Shown here piece by piece: positions 24,918 to 38,061 of a stretch of DNA of 64,000 nt; positions within the stretch are counted from its first letter, which is position 1, and the number at the start of each line of letters is the position of its first letter. Location: NCBI GenBank assembly GCA_022813865.1, contig JALDZX010000028.1, forward strand, positions 186,001 to 250,000, in the 5' to 3' direction. The position numbers were made by a program, and so were the translations under genes. This stretch comes from Xylographa opegraphella. Taxonomy: Eukaryota. Below the pieces are notes generated by a model. It worked only from the letters and a program-made list of their open reading frames with translations, was not told the DNA's origin and ran no database searches.

Positions 24918-25320
24918 ATGAGTGTTATCACGCAGCTCCGCGCTTTGCGGCCAGCCTCGCGACTCTCTACAGTCTCAACGTCTGCGGGGCGAGGTGCTTT
25001 TCAGCTCCGCACAGCTTCCACCAACAATTCTGAAAACCAACCCAAAGAAGCGGATAAAAATTTCGCTAAAGTGAGAGACTTCATCAGGAGTCGCTGATTA
25101 TGTGACATACGGCTGATTCGTCGTAAAGGCTGAAAGTCCTAAGCAGTCCGAGGCTCCAGTGGCGAAGCAAAAGAAGACACAGGCAGAGCTCGACGAGGAA
25201 ATGCGGCAGAAGCTGGAAGAGTTCTCCGGGGAGGGAGGGGCAGCGGGGACGGAGTTTGAAAATGGGAAGGCGGTATCGATGAAGAGAGGGGTAAGGGATA
25301 ATATGTTCAGATACATTTGA
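24918..25320 (+). CDS. Small conserved fungal protein with mitochondrial-type presequence (exons 24918-25070, 25129-25320)
   Basis: Arg/Ser-rich N-terminus; C-terminus KKTQAELDEEMRQKLEEFSGEGGAAGTEFENGKAVSMKRGVRDNMFRYI* resembles an uncharacterised Pezizomycotina family. Confidence 0.75.
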
Positions 25321-27125
25321 GGAGGTTGGTTGGGACTTCATACGGAGCTACCGTGCCTTAAATCCGGATTCGGAGATCTCGAGCACTGGAGAAACATGTA
25401 CCTAAGTCAAGCCAGGCGGACGGTATGGGCAGACTGATACTCAGTCAGATGACGAGAGAGTCTCCAGGTTCACCACTGATCCGATGGCTTGAGTCTTGCT
25501 TCTCCTGAGCTACGTCCTGCTGATTTCAAACGGCCACATCTCAGAAACTCCTGGTTCTTTAGATATCATGAGCGGGTTCCTAAAGACAAGCCCCTTAAAT
25601 CACTGGAGAGCTACTCATTTGATTGAAGCTGCTTCTGAGCAACCACGATCTGCTATACCTGGGACACTAGCCATACTGACGACAATATTACAACCACATC
25701 TCCGAAGAACAGCATCTCACTCCGAAACTCAATCCAACAGGTAGACCGACCCAGAATATCCACCAAAGCGAAAAGGAACGGTATTTATACCATGAAGCAC
25801 TTATATGAATTTCCAGTCTGGAAGAAACTCGTCACCTCCCAAGAAATGGGAAAAATACTTGCTCTTAATGTATCTTGCTTGGCGCATGGTCTTCCCAGCT
25901 TTGGCCACACAGCAGAGTCAACAGATGGATCGCAGCTTAAGCATTTCCGGAAAGCAATATCAGAATCCATTCCACTGCTTCGAGCTTACTTTAACTTTTC
26001 CATCCGCGAGTCTGTTCGCCAAGCTCAAGCAGTATGAAATTAGTACTTCACTGGAAGGCCACGCCGGCGAGGCCATCGTCTGATTGTGAAGATGATGTGG
26101 TGAAAGCGAAGTAGTGAACATCGATGACTCTATTTTGTCGGCTCTAGGGACCGCATCATGGATTCCAGCGACCTTTACCAACACCACGGCATAAGCTCCA
26201 ACGAACATATCTCCCGTCCTTGTTATATCTATAATAGTAGCGACAGCGCACAGCGTCGTGGGTATAGTCATCCCCATCATCATTTACATAAAACACCCTT
26301 CTTCGCACAGCTTGGTATTATCGTTCCAACTCCCCGGTAGGACGAATCTTACCCTCTCTTATAAACTAGCCGAACGTCTCTGGACCTCTATACTAGAATT
26401 TGGCTTCCCGGAGTGTCTCCACCTTTGGTCGACTCAGTGTGAGGTGTCTGATACCCGCGTAGACGTCTGCTGGCTCTGGGGTGGGGAAAGGGGTCAAGCA
26501 GTACGGTCACTTCAGTTCTTCTTCCAAACTTTACTATATACACAACGGGCTTTAACATTTCTCATAGAAACAAGGCAACAGCCCGTAACGGCGCAGCGAA
26601 CGTAGTAAAACCTTCTGGCTTAGTGAATTATGTGTTCCGTCGTAAAGCTCGTTCAGAGAAATGATTCGAATGACGCTTATTGTACGTGTTCAACAACTTT
26701 CTGTTAGCAGCCTCAATCAATATAATTCTTTGTTCTTTCGCCCGATCTCTGGCATATCGATACGCAGTTGCTCCTTATCGAAAAGTGTTGGGGTTAGCAG
26801 TCATAGCACATCCATTGAGTTGATGCATGCAATACTCGGGACGATCTCCAGAAGTTGCCGGCTGACAGGTATAAGAGGTATATAAAATTGAGCTGGCCAT
26901 CATGATAGATTGATGTAATTGTAGAGGCATTACTATCGTAAATTGACCCTAACCCTAAGACATTGTGTTCCAACAGCATATCATCGTCGAAGGTACCTTA
27001 GTTCGTGGTCTTTAGGTCACGCTAAGAATGAATTGAATTCGAGAAAGGACGGCAGGATTGGGATAAGAACGTGTTACCATCGTACTCCGCCCTGTTCTGT
27101 CACTTGACTATAGTCAATATACTCG

Positions 27126-27928
27126 ATGGTCGTCTTTTCCTTTTACATCTTTGACCGCCACGGTTCGTCTGCTTCTCCTTCGTGCCCTCAGATTACCCCT
27201 ACCAGAAGTGACCGAGCTTACATCGCGAACGACTCTGCAGCGGAATGCGTCTACAAGAAGAAATGGCTTCCGCCGTCTCTCAAGACCCCCGACCTTCTCA
27301 ATGGTGCCCCACAGCCTCGAGCACTCAGTGCAGAGGATGATGCAAAGCTCGTCTTTGGCACGATTTTCTCTCTGCGAAATATGGTCAGGAAACTGGGAGG
27401 CGTGGAGGATAAGTATGTGGTACACCTGTTGCAATAGCAGATACACTGATAAAGGCTGGAGAGAACTGCGGGTGGCTGGTCATTGAAAAATCTTAATCCT
27501 TGGAGTAGCGATGGCTAATTGCAATGTGTTTCTGCATAGTTTTATCTCCTACAGAACGGGCCACTACAAGCTACACTACTACGAAACACCAACCTCGCTG
27601 AAGTTTGTGATGGTTACGGATACAAAGACGAACAATTTACGGATTGTTCTTCATCAGATTTACGTGGGATTATATGTGGAGTACGGTAGGCGTGCTTCAA
27701 CTCAGCGGAGAATGCTGGAGTGGTTGGCGTTGAGAAATCTTTCTAATCAGATGCCAGTGGTCAAGAACCCTTTGGCACCAGTAGAACATCCCGGAGGGGT
27801 GGGTGTCAACTGTGAAATGTTTGAGCTCGGATTGGAACAATTCATAGTAAGCTCACAGCGTCGATTCTCACTTCGCTTTTACCAAGCTAACGTCGCTCGT
27901 GTAGACCGGAACTCTTCAAGGCGCTTGA
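27126..27928 (+). CDS. BET5: TRAPP complex subunit Bet5/TRAPPC1 (sybindin-like), about 5 exons
   Basis: MVVFSFYIFDRH|ECVY..DDAKLVFGTIFSLRNMVRKL|FISYRTGHYKLHYYETPT..LYVEY|VVKNPL. Confidence 0.93.
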
Positions 27929-28142
27929 CTTTGTGATAGCTGAACTGGCTTTTTCAAGAAGTCTTATCCAGCTTATGATGCCTGGAGACTGCTAAGAGAT
28001 GAGAAGGCGTCTGGTCAGACAGACGTGTTCCAGGCTGCAAGTACGAGGGCAGCACCATCTCCGCATTAGCGTAAATACGACGCAGGGAAACTCTCGCCGA
28101 ACAAGATGAATTTTCCATTTCTCGGAGCCGTCCTTAAGATAC

Positions 28143-29176
28143 TCAATAGAAGGATTCCACCATGGTATCCTTGTTGGTGGTATTTATGGAGCTTGGTCCC
28201 ATTCCTTCCCCTAACCGGAACACGCTCTCTATCACACTCAGCTCCGTTGCTGTCGTATCCAATCCTGTGACCGCCATCCAATCATTGACCACCATTCCCG
28301 CGCCGACAACTGGAGAACCACGATTCACGCTCCCAGCCACGAGCGGTACTTGCAAGAGACTCGAGAGCTCGTCTTGATCCTGAATAGAAGTTTTGGGGTG
28401 CACTATCCCACCTTGGTTTGAAAGGGCCATATAGGAGCCTGTGAGGACATTGTCTGCGATCGTTTGCCGAAAGACTTCGACACCGAGCACGTCTGCGATT
28501 CTATCACCACGGAAAGTTTGTCAGACTTGCGATTCATCTGAAAAGGGCCTGGGAAGGAGTCCATCATGTGGTCAAAGTGCTTACATCTCCTCGGTTTCCC
28601 TCTCGATATCTGGATGTACAAGCGCAACATGGTCGTTGCAGCATATGACATTTCCGAGTGCGGACAGTCGCTCCTCTATCCTTTGGATTTTGACGGTATC
28701 CGGTATTGAGTTTCGGAGATGTTGGAGTTCTTGATCGGTGGTCGAGGTGGGGACAAGAAGGCCTTTGCGGTTACTTGTGTTCCGCACCCTGGTCAGCATC
28801 ATAGAGTGATAGGAGGGTATGCGAGTAGCATGTCAAGCACAATATAAGGTGCTACCATACCCAGCTGTCAGTCGCCCAACAATCCTAGTTCCAGCGATAG
28901 TCGCGTGACAAATAGGTATCACATCCTGAAGCTCCGCTTCGAAAACGCTACAGGACCCCAGGTAAGTCTCTTGTTTGACCAAGGCGTAGTCCCGGACTTG
29001 TACCTGTAGAAATTCTCCGAGGCACCAATGGCGACAATGGCATACGAGTTTGTAAGAGTCGAGAAGACGCCGACTCTAGGAACTGTCAATCCGGTAATCG
29101 ATTATGGCTTGTGGTGGGGTAGAGGGGGCCAAGAGTCTCACTCGTTCGAATTCTCGAATTGTGCGCGCACAGCCAT
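28143..29176 (-). CDS. TIF6: Eukaryotic translation initiation factor 6 (about 5 exons)
   Basis: [23 protein letters not shown]..; [49 protein letters not shown]. Confidence 0.97.
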
Positions 29177-30980
29177 GATTGACGGTACTGATGAGTTTGG
29201 AGAGCACCTGTATTGTCAGGCTTCGGTGGGATTGGCTTGAAATTGGGTAGAATGGTAGAATGGTAGAGGGGCGTCTGGAGTTGCTTGGTGGGGTTGGTGA
29301 GCAGCGAGCAGAACTTTTATGTGTGCTTGAGATGGACGCCAACCTGAGTCACACTTTCAACCAGAGTCACACTTCGAGGCAAAAATGGGTCACTCTGTAC
29401 GGACTGCACGCTAGTCATACAATGCAGCGAGCTGGTACCCAGAAACGACTTTTATGAAAATCGAATTTTATGTGATCAATAAGATAATGTATGGGGGGGG
29501 ACCCCTGGGACCCCTCGGATAATCCAAGGTAACAAAAGAGTCGATATAAACGCTTAGGGCCTGCTAGCGTTTAATCGCCGCTCCGCTAGTCCTAGACCCG
29601 CATTTGTTACGAGTCGGATATTCTACCAAATATGTTCTTTTCTTCTTCTACCCAATGTAGAAAGGATTATTAACATTACCCTTTGAATTTAGTAACAGCT
29701 ACCAGAAAGACTGATACAAAGTCTTCATATTTGCTCAGATACGAATTCTCAAGCTGGGCATTAGATTAAGATACAGATTGCCCGGCTTCAGTGCTTCGTC
29801 AACTGAAAGTTTCTCTCAACTCACAACTTAAGTCTCTCAAACGAGATTCAATACCATACATTTCTTTACTTCGTTCATTACTCAAGATCGGTCACGCAAA
29901 TCACCGTCAATCATACTAGCAGTCGGTCTAAAATTTTGTCTGAGAATCGGTTTGTTTTCTCGTACCCCATTCTTGCCCAAGCTTCAGGGTTACAGATCGG
30001 AAACCTCATTACGCACTGCTTTGTGTATTTCCTCTTGTGACAGCATTGTAACCTCAGTTTATCTTCCTAACATAGCTGCTCAACTCATAATCCTTTGTCC
30101 GTCGGAGGCCATCAGTTACCTACACTTACACTTCTCATATGCGAACTACGATGCAAGCTCCTATTATTGCTACGATCCTCATGGTCATCGACCACCTCAG
30201 CCACTAAAACTCCCAAGGGACTACCTAGGAGACCTCCAGCATCTTGACGTCGTGGCATCATCGAAGAATACAGTAGTAAGATGGACACACCTGAGGAAAG
30301 GAAACTTATGATGCTGTGGTTATTACAATTGAATGGCCTGCATGTCCGTCTCTAGGTAAGTGCATTGTCCGCTCTTGAGATCTGTATTAAACCGAAGTAC
30401 AATCCATATCGAACCGAGAGTATGATGGTGGCGGCTCGGTCACAACTAAGAGATACTACAAGTCATGAAGGACAGAACATGGAGCATGGTTGTGATGGAC
30501 AGATCGATGTATCTTTTACAGCCACAAATGAATCAGACAATGGGTACGGAGACTGGGAGACAGTAGGAAGCCACTCTCAGGGATTAGGATGCGATCTTGT
30601 TCCTGTAGCTAGGAACATAGGAAAGTTGCATCGATCTTGACGTTGCGTAAACATTGCACTGTGACTACAATGATACAAAACCCACTACAGATAATGAAGT
30701 AACCTGATTTTCATACATCCAACCAGCCTTGACGATACAAAGAATCGTAAAGTAAGAGTGGTTATGTACACAGTATCGGCAGTTTCCGGCAGGAAAAAAG
30801 CAAATAGTCACATGACCTGAAAGCCCTAAACACCGATGCAGATGACAGATGAGAATATACTTAACAAACTACTCCCAATGCGTCGAATGAGCCGAGACAT
30901 CTTCAACAGGTACCTACCTTAGGTAAGCTACAAATTCTATCTGACTCAACTCCCACCACGATACCGCTCGTATCCTCGCA

Positions 30981-31822
30981 ATGCCATCCCCCCGTCTCCC
31001 CTCACCAACGAGCAACGCCTCCTCAATACCCGCAACCACCACCGCGCCTCAAGCCCCACCACCAACCACACCGGAGGCCACCAAGGAAGCTAAGAAAATC
31101 GTACGGTTCCTGTTTGAAACCCCTCAGTCTCCGCCGCCCTATTCCATCTGCTCTTCCCACCCTTCTCCCAGCCCTACTTCAAGCGATTCGGTTTCAGCAA
31201 CTTACGTGCTAATAATCCCATCAGGCATCTCTCCAAGCCAAGATCTCCGCCCTCTCGGCGCAAATCGCAGCCACGCAGGCGCAGATCGAAGCCATCAAGC
31301 CGCAGCTGAAGTACGTGTGTCCCCGTCTCTAGCATGTGACTCGAGTTTATCTGGTGCTTGTGTCATTTCCCACTTATCCCCCATCGCCTCGGCCATCCTC
31401 TTCTTCCGATAACGACATACTCTACTCCGTTGCCCGTCCCCAACCCTTCCGCGCCTCACTCGATTCCTCCAAGACCCACCTCAACTGGCCTTCCATCCCC
31501 ATCCTCCTCGATATCCAAGCCACTCCCCGTTCTGCAACTTCCCCCTCTACTCTCTGCGCAGGTCTCGCACATCGGACGCACTTCCCGTGGCCGCTTCCTT
31601 GCGTCCGTCTGCTCTACCCGCTGTTCCCCTCGATCGACACTGACGCACCTAACCCCCAGGTCCCCCTCCCCGGAAACGACCGTCAAGCAGCACATCGCGC
31701 TGCTGCACACGTACAACGAGATCCGCGATGTAGGGCAAGGCCTGCTGGGCATGGTGGCGGAGAACCGGGGCGTACGCATCCGGGACGTGTACGGCGAGTT
31801 TGGCGTCGCGGAGGGAGACTAG
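30981..31822 (+). CDS. swi5: DNA repair/recombination mediator Swi5/Sae3 (exons 30981-31100, 31225-31310, 31660-31822)
   Basis: Coiled-coil exon followed by PETTVKQHIALLHTYNEIRDVGQGLLGMVAENRGVRIRDVYGEFGV. Confidence 0.9.
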
Positions 31823-32247
31823 GCTTCTGTGGCGCTGATCGAAATACTAATTGTAGGCGGCCAGCGGTCTTTGGGGAGGAAGAGACAGGCCGGGCTAGAG
31901 TGAGGAATGATGGGAGGGTAAGCAAGGGCGTCATCGGTGGCTTCGGTTGCACTGACGAGGAAACCTCCGGTGACAATTACATTAAGATTTATCTCTATCC
32001 GAATTATACATACAAGTAGCAAGAACTGATGACTTCCCGAACCTCGATGAGCGGATGATCCGTGATCTCGCTGTTATTTTCCACAATCCGTGCTCCAAAC
32101 CAGATGTCCATAATCAGAGACCACCAATTGGCCATGGTCCGTAATTTGCCCTCCCATCTCGCCGAACACCTCACGATTCGCAAGCTGTATAACACACATA
32201 CACACAAAACCCACAGCCGGTAGTACAATTCCAGACAATGCCTCCGT

Positions 32248-35200
32248 CTAATGCATCTTCGCTAAGCTCTGCAAGTTCACAAGCTCAAAGTACTTCCCGC
32301 GCGCCTTCAACAGCTCCGCATGCGTCCCACGCTCGACGATCCTGCCTTGGTCGAAGACGTAGATCATATCCGCCTTCTGGATCGTGCTCAACCGATGCGC
32401 GACCGCGATAGTGGTACGCCCTTGCGCCGCTGCGTCCAAGGCCGCTTGGACAACCTTCTCGGACTCGGAGTCCAGAGCGGAGGTCGCTTCGTCGAGAAGG
32501 AGGACTTTGGGGTCGCGAAGGAGTGCGCGGGCGATGGCGACGCGCTGCTTTTGTCCACCGGAGAGCATACCGCCTTTTGAGCCGACAATGGTAGAGAAGC
32601 CGTCACTGGATTAGTTGTTAGTATAAATTTCGGAAGACAGGAATGCGCTTGGCTTACGGGAGAGACATGATGAACTCGTAGATGTTGGCATCTTTGCAGG
32701 CCTGGACGATTTCCGACTCCGGCACATCATCTCGGTCGGCACCCAAGAGAACGTTTTCGCGTATCGATCCCTGGTACAGTGTTGGCTCTTGGCTGACAAG
32801 AGCTAGAAAGCGTCGGTAATCGTTGATATTGAGGCTCGAAATCTCTTTCCCATCCAGGTAAACACCGCCAGCCAGCGGGTCGTAAAAGCGCTCCAGCAGC
32901 GCAATGGTGGTACTTTTTCCACAACCACTGGCACCAACTAAAGCAACGTACTGGCCAGGCTTCACGGTCAAATTGAGACCTCGAAGGACAGGTTGCTCCG
33001 GCCGAGTCGGATAGCGAAAGTGTACATCTCTGAACTCTATCGTCCCATCCACGTGATCGATCCGCTCACCATCAGGGGACCATGAATCAATTTCTGGTTT
33101 GCGATCAAATAGGACCTTGAGATTGTTCGCGGCGCCTTTGGCTTTGCCCATGTCAGGAGCGAAGGAGAAGATAGTACCGGCAGATTGAGCGCCGAAGATG
33201 ATGGCAGAAAAACAGATGAAATATTGGAGAATCGAGTATTCGCCGGTAACAATAAGGCCAGATCCATACCAGAATGACAGCGCAATACAAAGGAATGTGA
33301 GAGACTGGGAGGCTGCGTAAAGTGTGGAAGATCTAAGGATAGACTTGAGACTAAGTTTCTGTTGAGTTACAAGTGATTCATGATAATGATCGAACACATC
33401 CTCTTCTCGTGTCAAGGAAGCGACGGTCCGAATAGCCGAGGTCGCTTCACAAGCATAGCTGGCAGAATTCTCATAGGCTTTTTTCGATCGTGTTGCAAAT
33501 TGTGCAAGCATATAAAAGCGAAGGAAGCCACACCCAAGCAGAATAGGTATAGTTGATGTGCACACGAGGGCAAGTTTCCATCCGATAGCGACAGATAATG
33601 CGATGGCTGCGACGAGGGTGGTAACAACAACAAGAAGCGTCCCAAGAGTGGTTCCACTAATCCCTGCAAGTTGCGTAGTCTCTGTCGACAGAAATGATGT
33701 CAAGGCACCGGCCGAGTTCTCTTCTCGATCGAAGAAGGAAATGTCCTGGCGAAGAATTGTCCGGAATGCTTGGTCTCGTGCTCTGCGTATAAGGCGTTCC
33801 GAGCAGTAGGCGAAAGCGATACCTTGCCCAACAAATGCGATGAATTGCACAAAGGCCAACATCAGATACATCAATGACCAGAAACTAACTCGGGACTTTA
33901 ATTGCGCATACTGAGAAGGAGGTAATGACAGTGCGACAAGATTTTCAGCGAAAAACACTGCCTGAGTCGGGTTTCCTCCTCCTGCGATGATGGACCAGAA
34001 GAGACCAACGAACATGATTCCGATCTCCTTCCTGTTGAAACTAGCGATGAGTTTGATCAAAGTCCATAGAGGGTATTGAGCTGTAGCTGCTTCTTTTCTA
34101 TTCTGTAAGACAACACTGGATGCAGACTTCTCGGTTGTGGTACGATTCAACTTGTTGGCGATATCCACGTCATCAGGATCAACATCGAAAGCATTGGACT
34201 TTTCCGAAGTTGGGGATTTGGATAAATTCGGCTCCGTAGCATTCATCACAGCACCGTCAGTATTTTCCTCCTGCTTCTCTGCGGCGATCCGCTGCGCGTC
34301 CACAAGATTGTAGTAGGCGCCTCCTTTTTGCAATAACTCATCATGAGTGCCTTGTTCAATAATGCGTCCCTGGGACATAACGACGATGTTGTCAGCAGTC
34401 TTGATTGTAGATAGTCGATGAGCAATGACAATTGTTGTGCGGCCCTTGGCGGCTACGTCGAGTGCTGCTTGCACGACTCCTTCCGACTTCGTATCCAAGG
34501 CCGAGGTAGCCTCATCGAGGAGCAAGACTTTCGGGTCGCTGACCATAGCACGTGCGATAGCTATCCTTTGTTTCTGACCTCCGCTGAGTAAGAAGCCCCG
34601 TTCTCCGACGTTCGTTTCGTAGCCTTCCGGTAAGCCAGTGATAAAGTCATGAGCGTTGGCCATCTTTGCGGCGCCAATGACGAGTTCTTTCTGCTGCGCC
34701 TCGTCAATGTGCTCATATTTGGTCCCGATGAGGCCGTGTTTAATATTGCCAAGGATTGTGGTGCCAAAAAGTGTCGGTTCTTGACTGACTAGAGAGATTT
34801 GTTGTCGTAACCAGCGCAGATTCAGCTCCTGGATGTCATGCCCGTCAAGATACACATGACCGCCAACAGGATCGTAGAACCTTTCAACGAGTCCAACAAT
34901 AGTACTCTTTCCAGAACCCGAAGCCCCGACTAAAGCAGTAGTCTTGCCTGCTGGTACAATAAGGTTGACGTCTTCCATGACCACAACCTCAGTTCGTGAA
35001 GGATAAATGTGCTTAACGTGCCTCAATTCAATCCTACCTTCGACGCGTTCCAGCTTTTCCCCTATTTCAGCCATCGGATCCATCGGAGAGGTACGGTCTA
35101 TAGTATTATAGATTTTCCCTGCTGCAGCAACCGCAGTACCGAAAGCCTGCGCGTTGGGCGCTACACTTCCGAGTGAAAAGGAACCAATCATGATGCAAAG

Positions 35201-36474
35201 CGTCACAGAAAGTACGCTCGAAAGGGTCATTTCTCCTGATACGACATATCTCGAACCCATCCAAAAAGAAAGACCGTAATTGAAGTACAACTGCGAACTG
35301 GTCAGCCACGACCGAATCGTCTATCAGCAGGTAACGAGTGTTGTGCTTACCACGCTCATCATGCCTGCAATCATAACGGCAAGCACCATCTTGTGTTTCG
35401 TGCCCCATTTCTCGGCTTCGTGAAGATGCGAGTCGTATTGTCTTGCGAGCTTGTCTTGAGTATTGAACGCTGTAGCATTGCGAATTGAGCTTATGACTTC
35501 TTCTGCCACGCTGCCAGCAAGTCCGTAGGCCTCCAACGACTTTTTGTTGTATTTTATAATGAACCTAGATCCACTACCCATTATTGCAGTGATTGCGAAT
35601 ATAGTGGAAGACAAAATCAAGGTCAGCTTCCAATATTTTATGAAGCCTATGATGAAAGCGGTGAAAAAGGTTGCAAGGGCGGTCAACGTGAGGGCAATCT
35701 TTTCCGAGAGACCATCTTGGACAAGGTTCGTGTCAGCGGTGATACGTGTGGTAATCTCCCCTGCCCCGAGCTTGTCGAAGAATCCAATGTTCTGACGTAG
35801 AATTGCAGCCAAATATTGTTCTCTGATCTTGGAGCTGATATGTTCTCCAGAATATATGAACCCCACAGTGGCGATGTATATGGTAACGAACTCGCCAATA
35901 GCAAGGTAAATGAAGTAGAGGGTATAATGATCGACGTAGTAACCAAACTCATCCGGCGCGAGTGTGCCATTTTGTATGCCTTGGAAAGTACCTGCGAGCT
36001 GACCAAAGATGATCTGCTCCTGTCAGCCGATGGCACCATGTTTCGAAGCCCTGGGGACTTTACCGTCATCAATGGCATAACAGCCCCTCCTACTATGGCA
36101 CAAAAGGCGCTGATGGTCACTATGAGCATGTCGTTGCGAGTAGCATATCGGTACAATGTCGCAAAGTTCGCTTTGATGGGTAGCAGGTCCACTTGTCTCT
36201 TGATGATTTCCCTCTCATGCGGGGGCAAGTGAGCGTATGCCTGGTCTCCATCTTTGGGGTCCTTGACCTCGACTACCTTCGAGTCAAGCTTGTCGAGCGC
36301 AACGTCGTCTGAAGACGACGAACCCGAGGACTGTATCTCATGCTCAAATTTCTCAGCCGCAACATTGTCTCTCGTGGGATCGTGCAACGATGGCCTGTAA
36401 GCGCCTTTTTCGTCACGGTACTCGTTGTCGACCTCGACAGCAGCATGCGAGAGATCGCCGCCAGTGCTGTCCAT
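32248..36474 (-). CDS. mdr1: Full-length ABCB/MDR multidrug transporter (TMD-NBD)2, Mdr1/AtrD-like, 4 exons
   Basis: Two NBDs (GASGSGKST and [28 protein letters not shown]) and two 6-TM domains; introns near 36061-36014, 35350-35292 and 32656-32607. Confidence 0.95.
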
Positions 36475-37605
36475 GGTGGACTCGGGCCGGTGATGGAGAA
36501 TCCCAGGTTTGGGCTAGGGATGGTCTCGAATTAATGGGTAAGGTACCTCACGCCGGAAACGCTTAGGGTTCGCCTCCGGTAGCTATACAAACAAAGACCC
36601 CGCCGATGCGCCTCACGGTTGGGGATGTTTTGGAATGACCTACAGACTCTGAACTCAGGCCTGAAGGAGGACGACGACGGACTATAAGCAGTGGTTGCGA
36701 CCGCATGTCTGTCGGGGCCGCGAAGTTTCCGTACGGCGTGTGATTTAGTCCGATCTAGTCGATTATCGATATCGGATACGCCTCTCTCCGAGTAGTGCAA
36801 CAATCAGTCTCGGCTGCCGCTTCCCTCCACTGCACTCCGAGCCTCGACCGCTCGCTTCGCAGAGCATAATTCCGGTGCATCACGACACTAAGGAGGTACG
36901 TGATGAGTCACAACCCTTGACCGACTCCACGGGACGAATCATGATGGCGAGCGTCAACGTCAGCCTCTTGATGCAAAGTTGTGCAACACACGATGCGTGT
37001 CGCTTAAGATACCTAGGTACCTTAGGGAGTACAGCTTTGCCCAACCGCCCGGGCTGGGTACAACCCTGCATTATTACTATGACATTACTATGCGTCTGCT
37101 GAAGTTGCCCGCGTGTCCTTGGAGACGTTACTCGTTGACTCAGCACTAGAAGCATGAAGCTGATTGCGGCTGTCTGACGCAATCTTCAAAATGACGGACT
37201 CTTGTAACTTGCGGGTGAGGAGAGTCCTTGGTTGCTGCTGCCTGACTGTAGCGTGATGCTCGCGTCAATGTGAACACCGAGGCCTTCCCACGTGGCGCGC
37301 GCTGCTGTCGTATAGGTGTCACAGAAGGAAACGACACTCCAATGCATGATACCATTGCAACGGCTTCCGTCTCGTACTCCGCAAAGACCCTCGGGCGGGC
37401 CTCTCCGGGACGGCGACCACAACTGGCGTTTTTTCGTGATCCAATTCCGTGTGTTCCAAGACCACGCGTCACGATGTTCTTTTTCCTGCTAAAAGCCCTG
37501 TAAGTTACCAGCCAAATAGACAGAAGCTTAAGATCAATCGCAACCAAAGTATCCATGTGTATAAATGCAAGCAAAAGCATATTCGACATGTTCATACTAC
37601 GCATC

Positions 37606-37611
37606 ACGTGA
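37606..37611. promoter_or_regulatory. E-box CACGTG (within tcacgtgac) about 125 nt upstream of RPL39; candidate Cbf1-type bHLH site
   Basis: gcatcacgtgacat; matches the Cbf1 consensus RTCACGTG. Confidence 0.45.
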
Positions 37612-37735
37612 CATGTAGGCACTATCCCTAAATCCAGTTAGCTCAATACTAAGCGACCACTCTACCCACATCTGCACACAACCTCCAGCTCTATCAGAAC
37701 GAACCCTCAATCTTCGATTCGCAATCGACATCACC

Positions 37736-38061
37736 ATGCCGGTATGCTGCCCCAGATAAATTGAGTACCCTTCAAGATGATACAGCTAAAATTTGATCCC
37801 ACAGAGCCACAAATCTTTCCGCACGAAGCAAAAGCTCGCGCGAGCTCAGAAGCAAAATCGACCCATCCCCCAGTGGATTCGTCTGCGGACGGGAAACACA
37901 ATACGGTAGGCCTCTTTCACTATCTATGAGACCTCTTCTTCAGGGCTCTATTGTCTTCTATACCAATTTTTTATATTCATATCCAACAGAGGCTAACACT
38001 ATGGCCATGAAGGTACAACGCCAAGCGACGTCACTGGCGTAAGACCCGTATCGGTATCTGA
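37736..38061 (+). CDS. RPL39: 60S ribosomal protein L39 (3 exons)
   Basis: [51 protein letters not shown]; too short for the ORF track. Confidence 0.97.

Noticed and set aside
26947..26958. CCCTAACCCTAA as a plus-strand telomerase RNA template
   Set aside because: A long plus-strand RNA from here would run through BET5 168 nt downstream; no pseudoknot was recognised.
29952..30640. ORFs 29952-30311 and 30365-30640
   Set aside because: Non-ATG starts and no motifs; likely non-coding.
32248..36474. MDR transporter as a marker of a secondary-metabolite cluster
   Set aside because: Neighbours are SWI5 and RPL39; no PKS, NRPS, terpene synthase or tailoring genes in the window.
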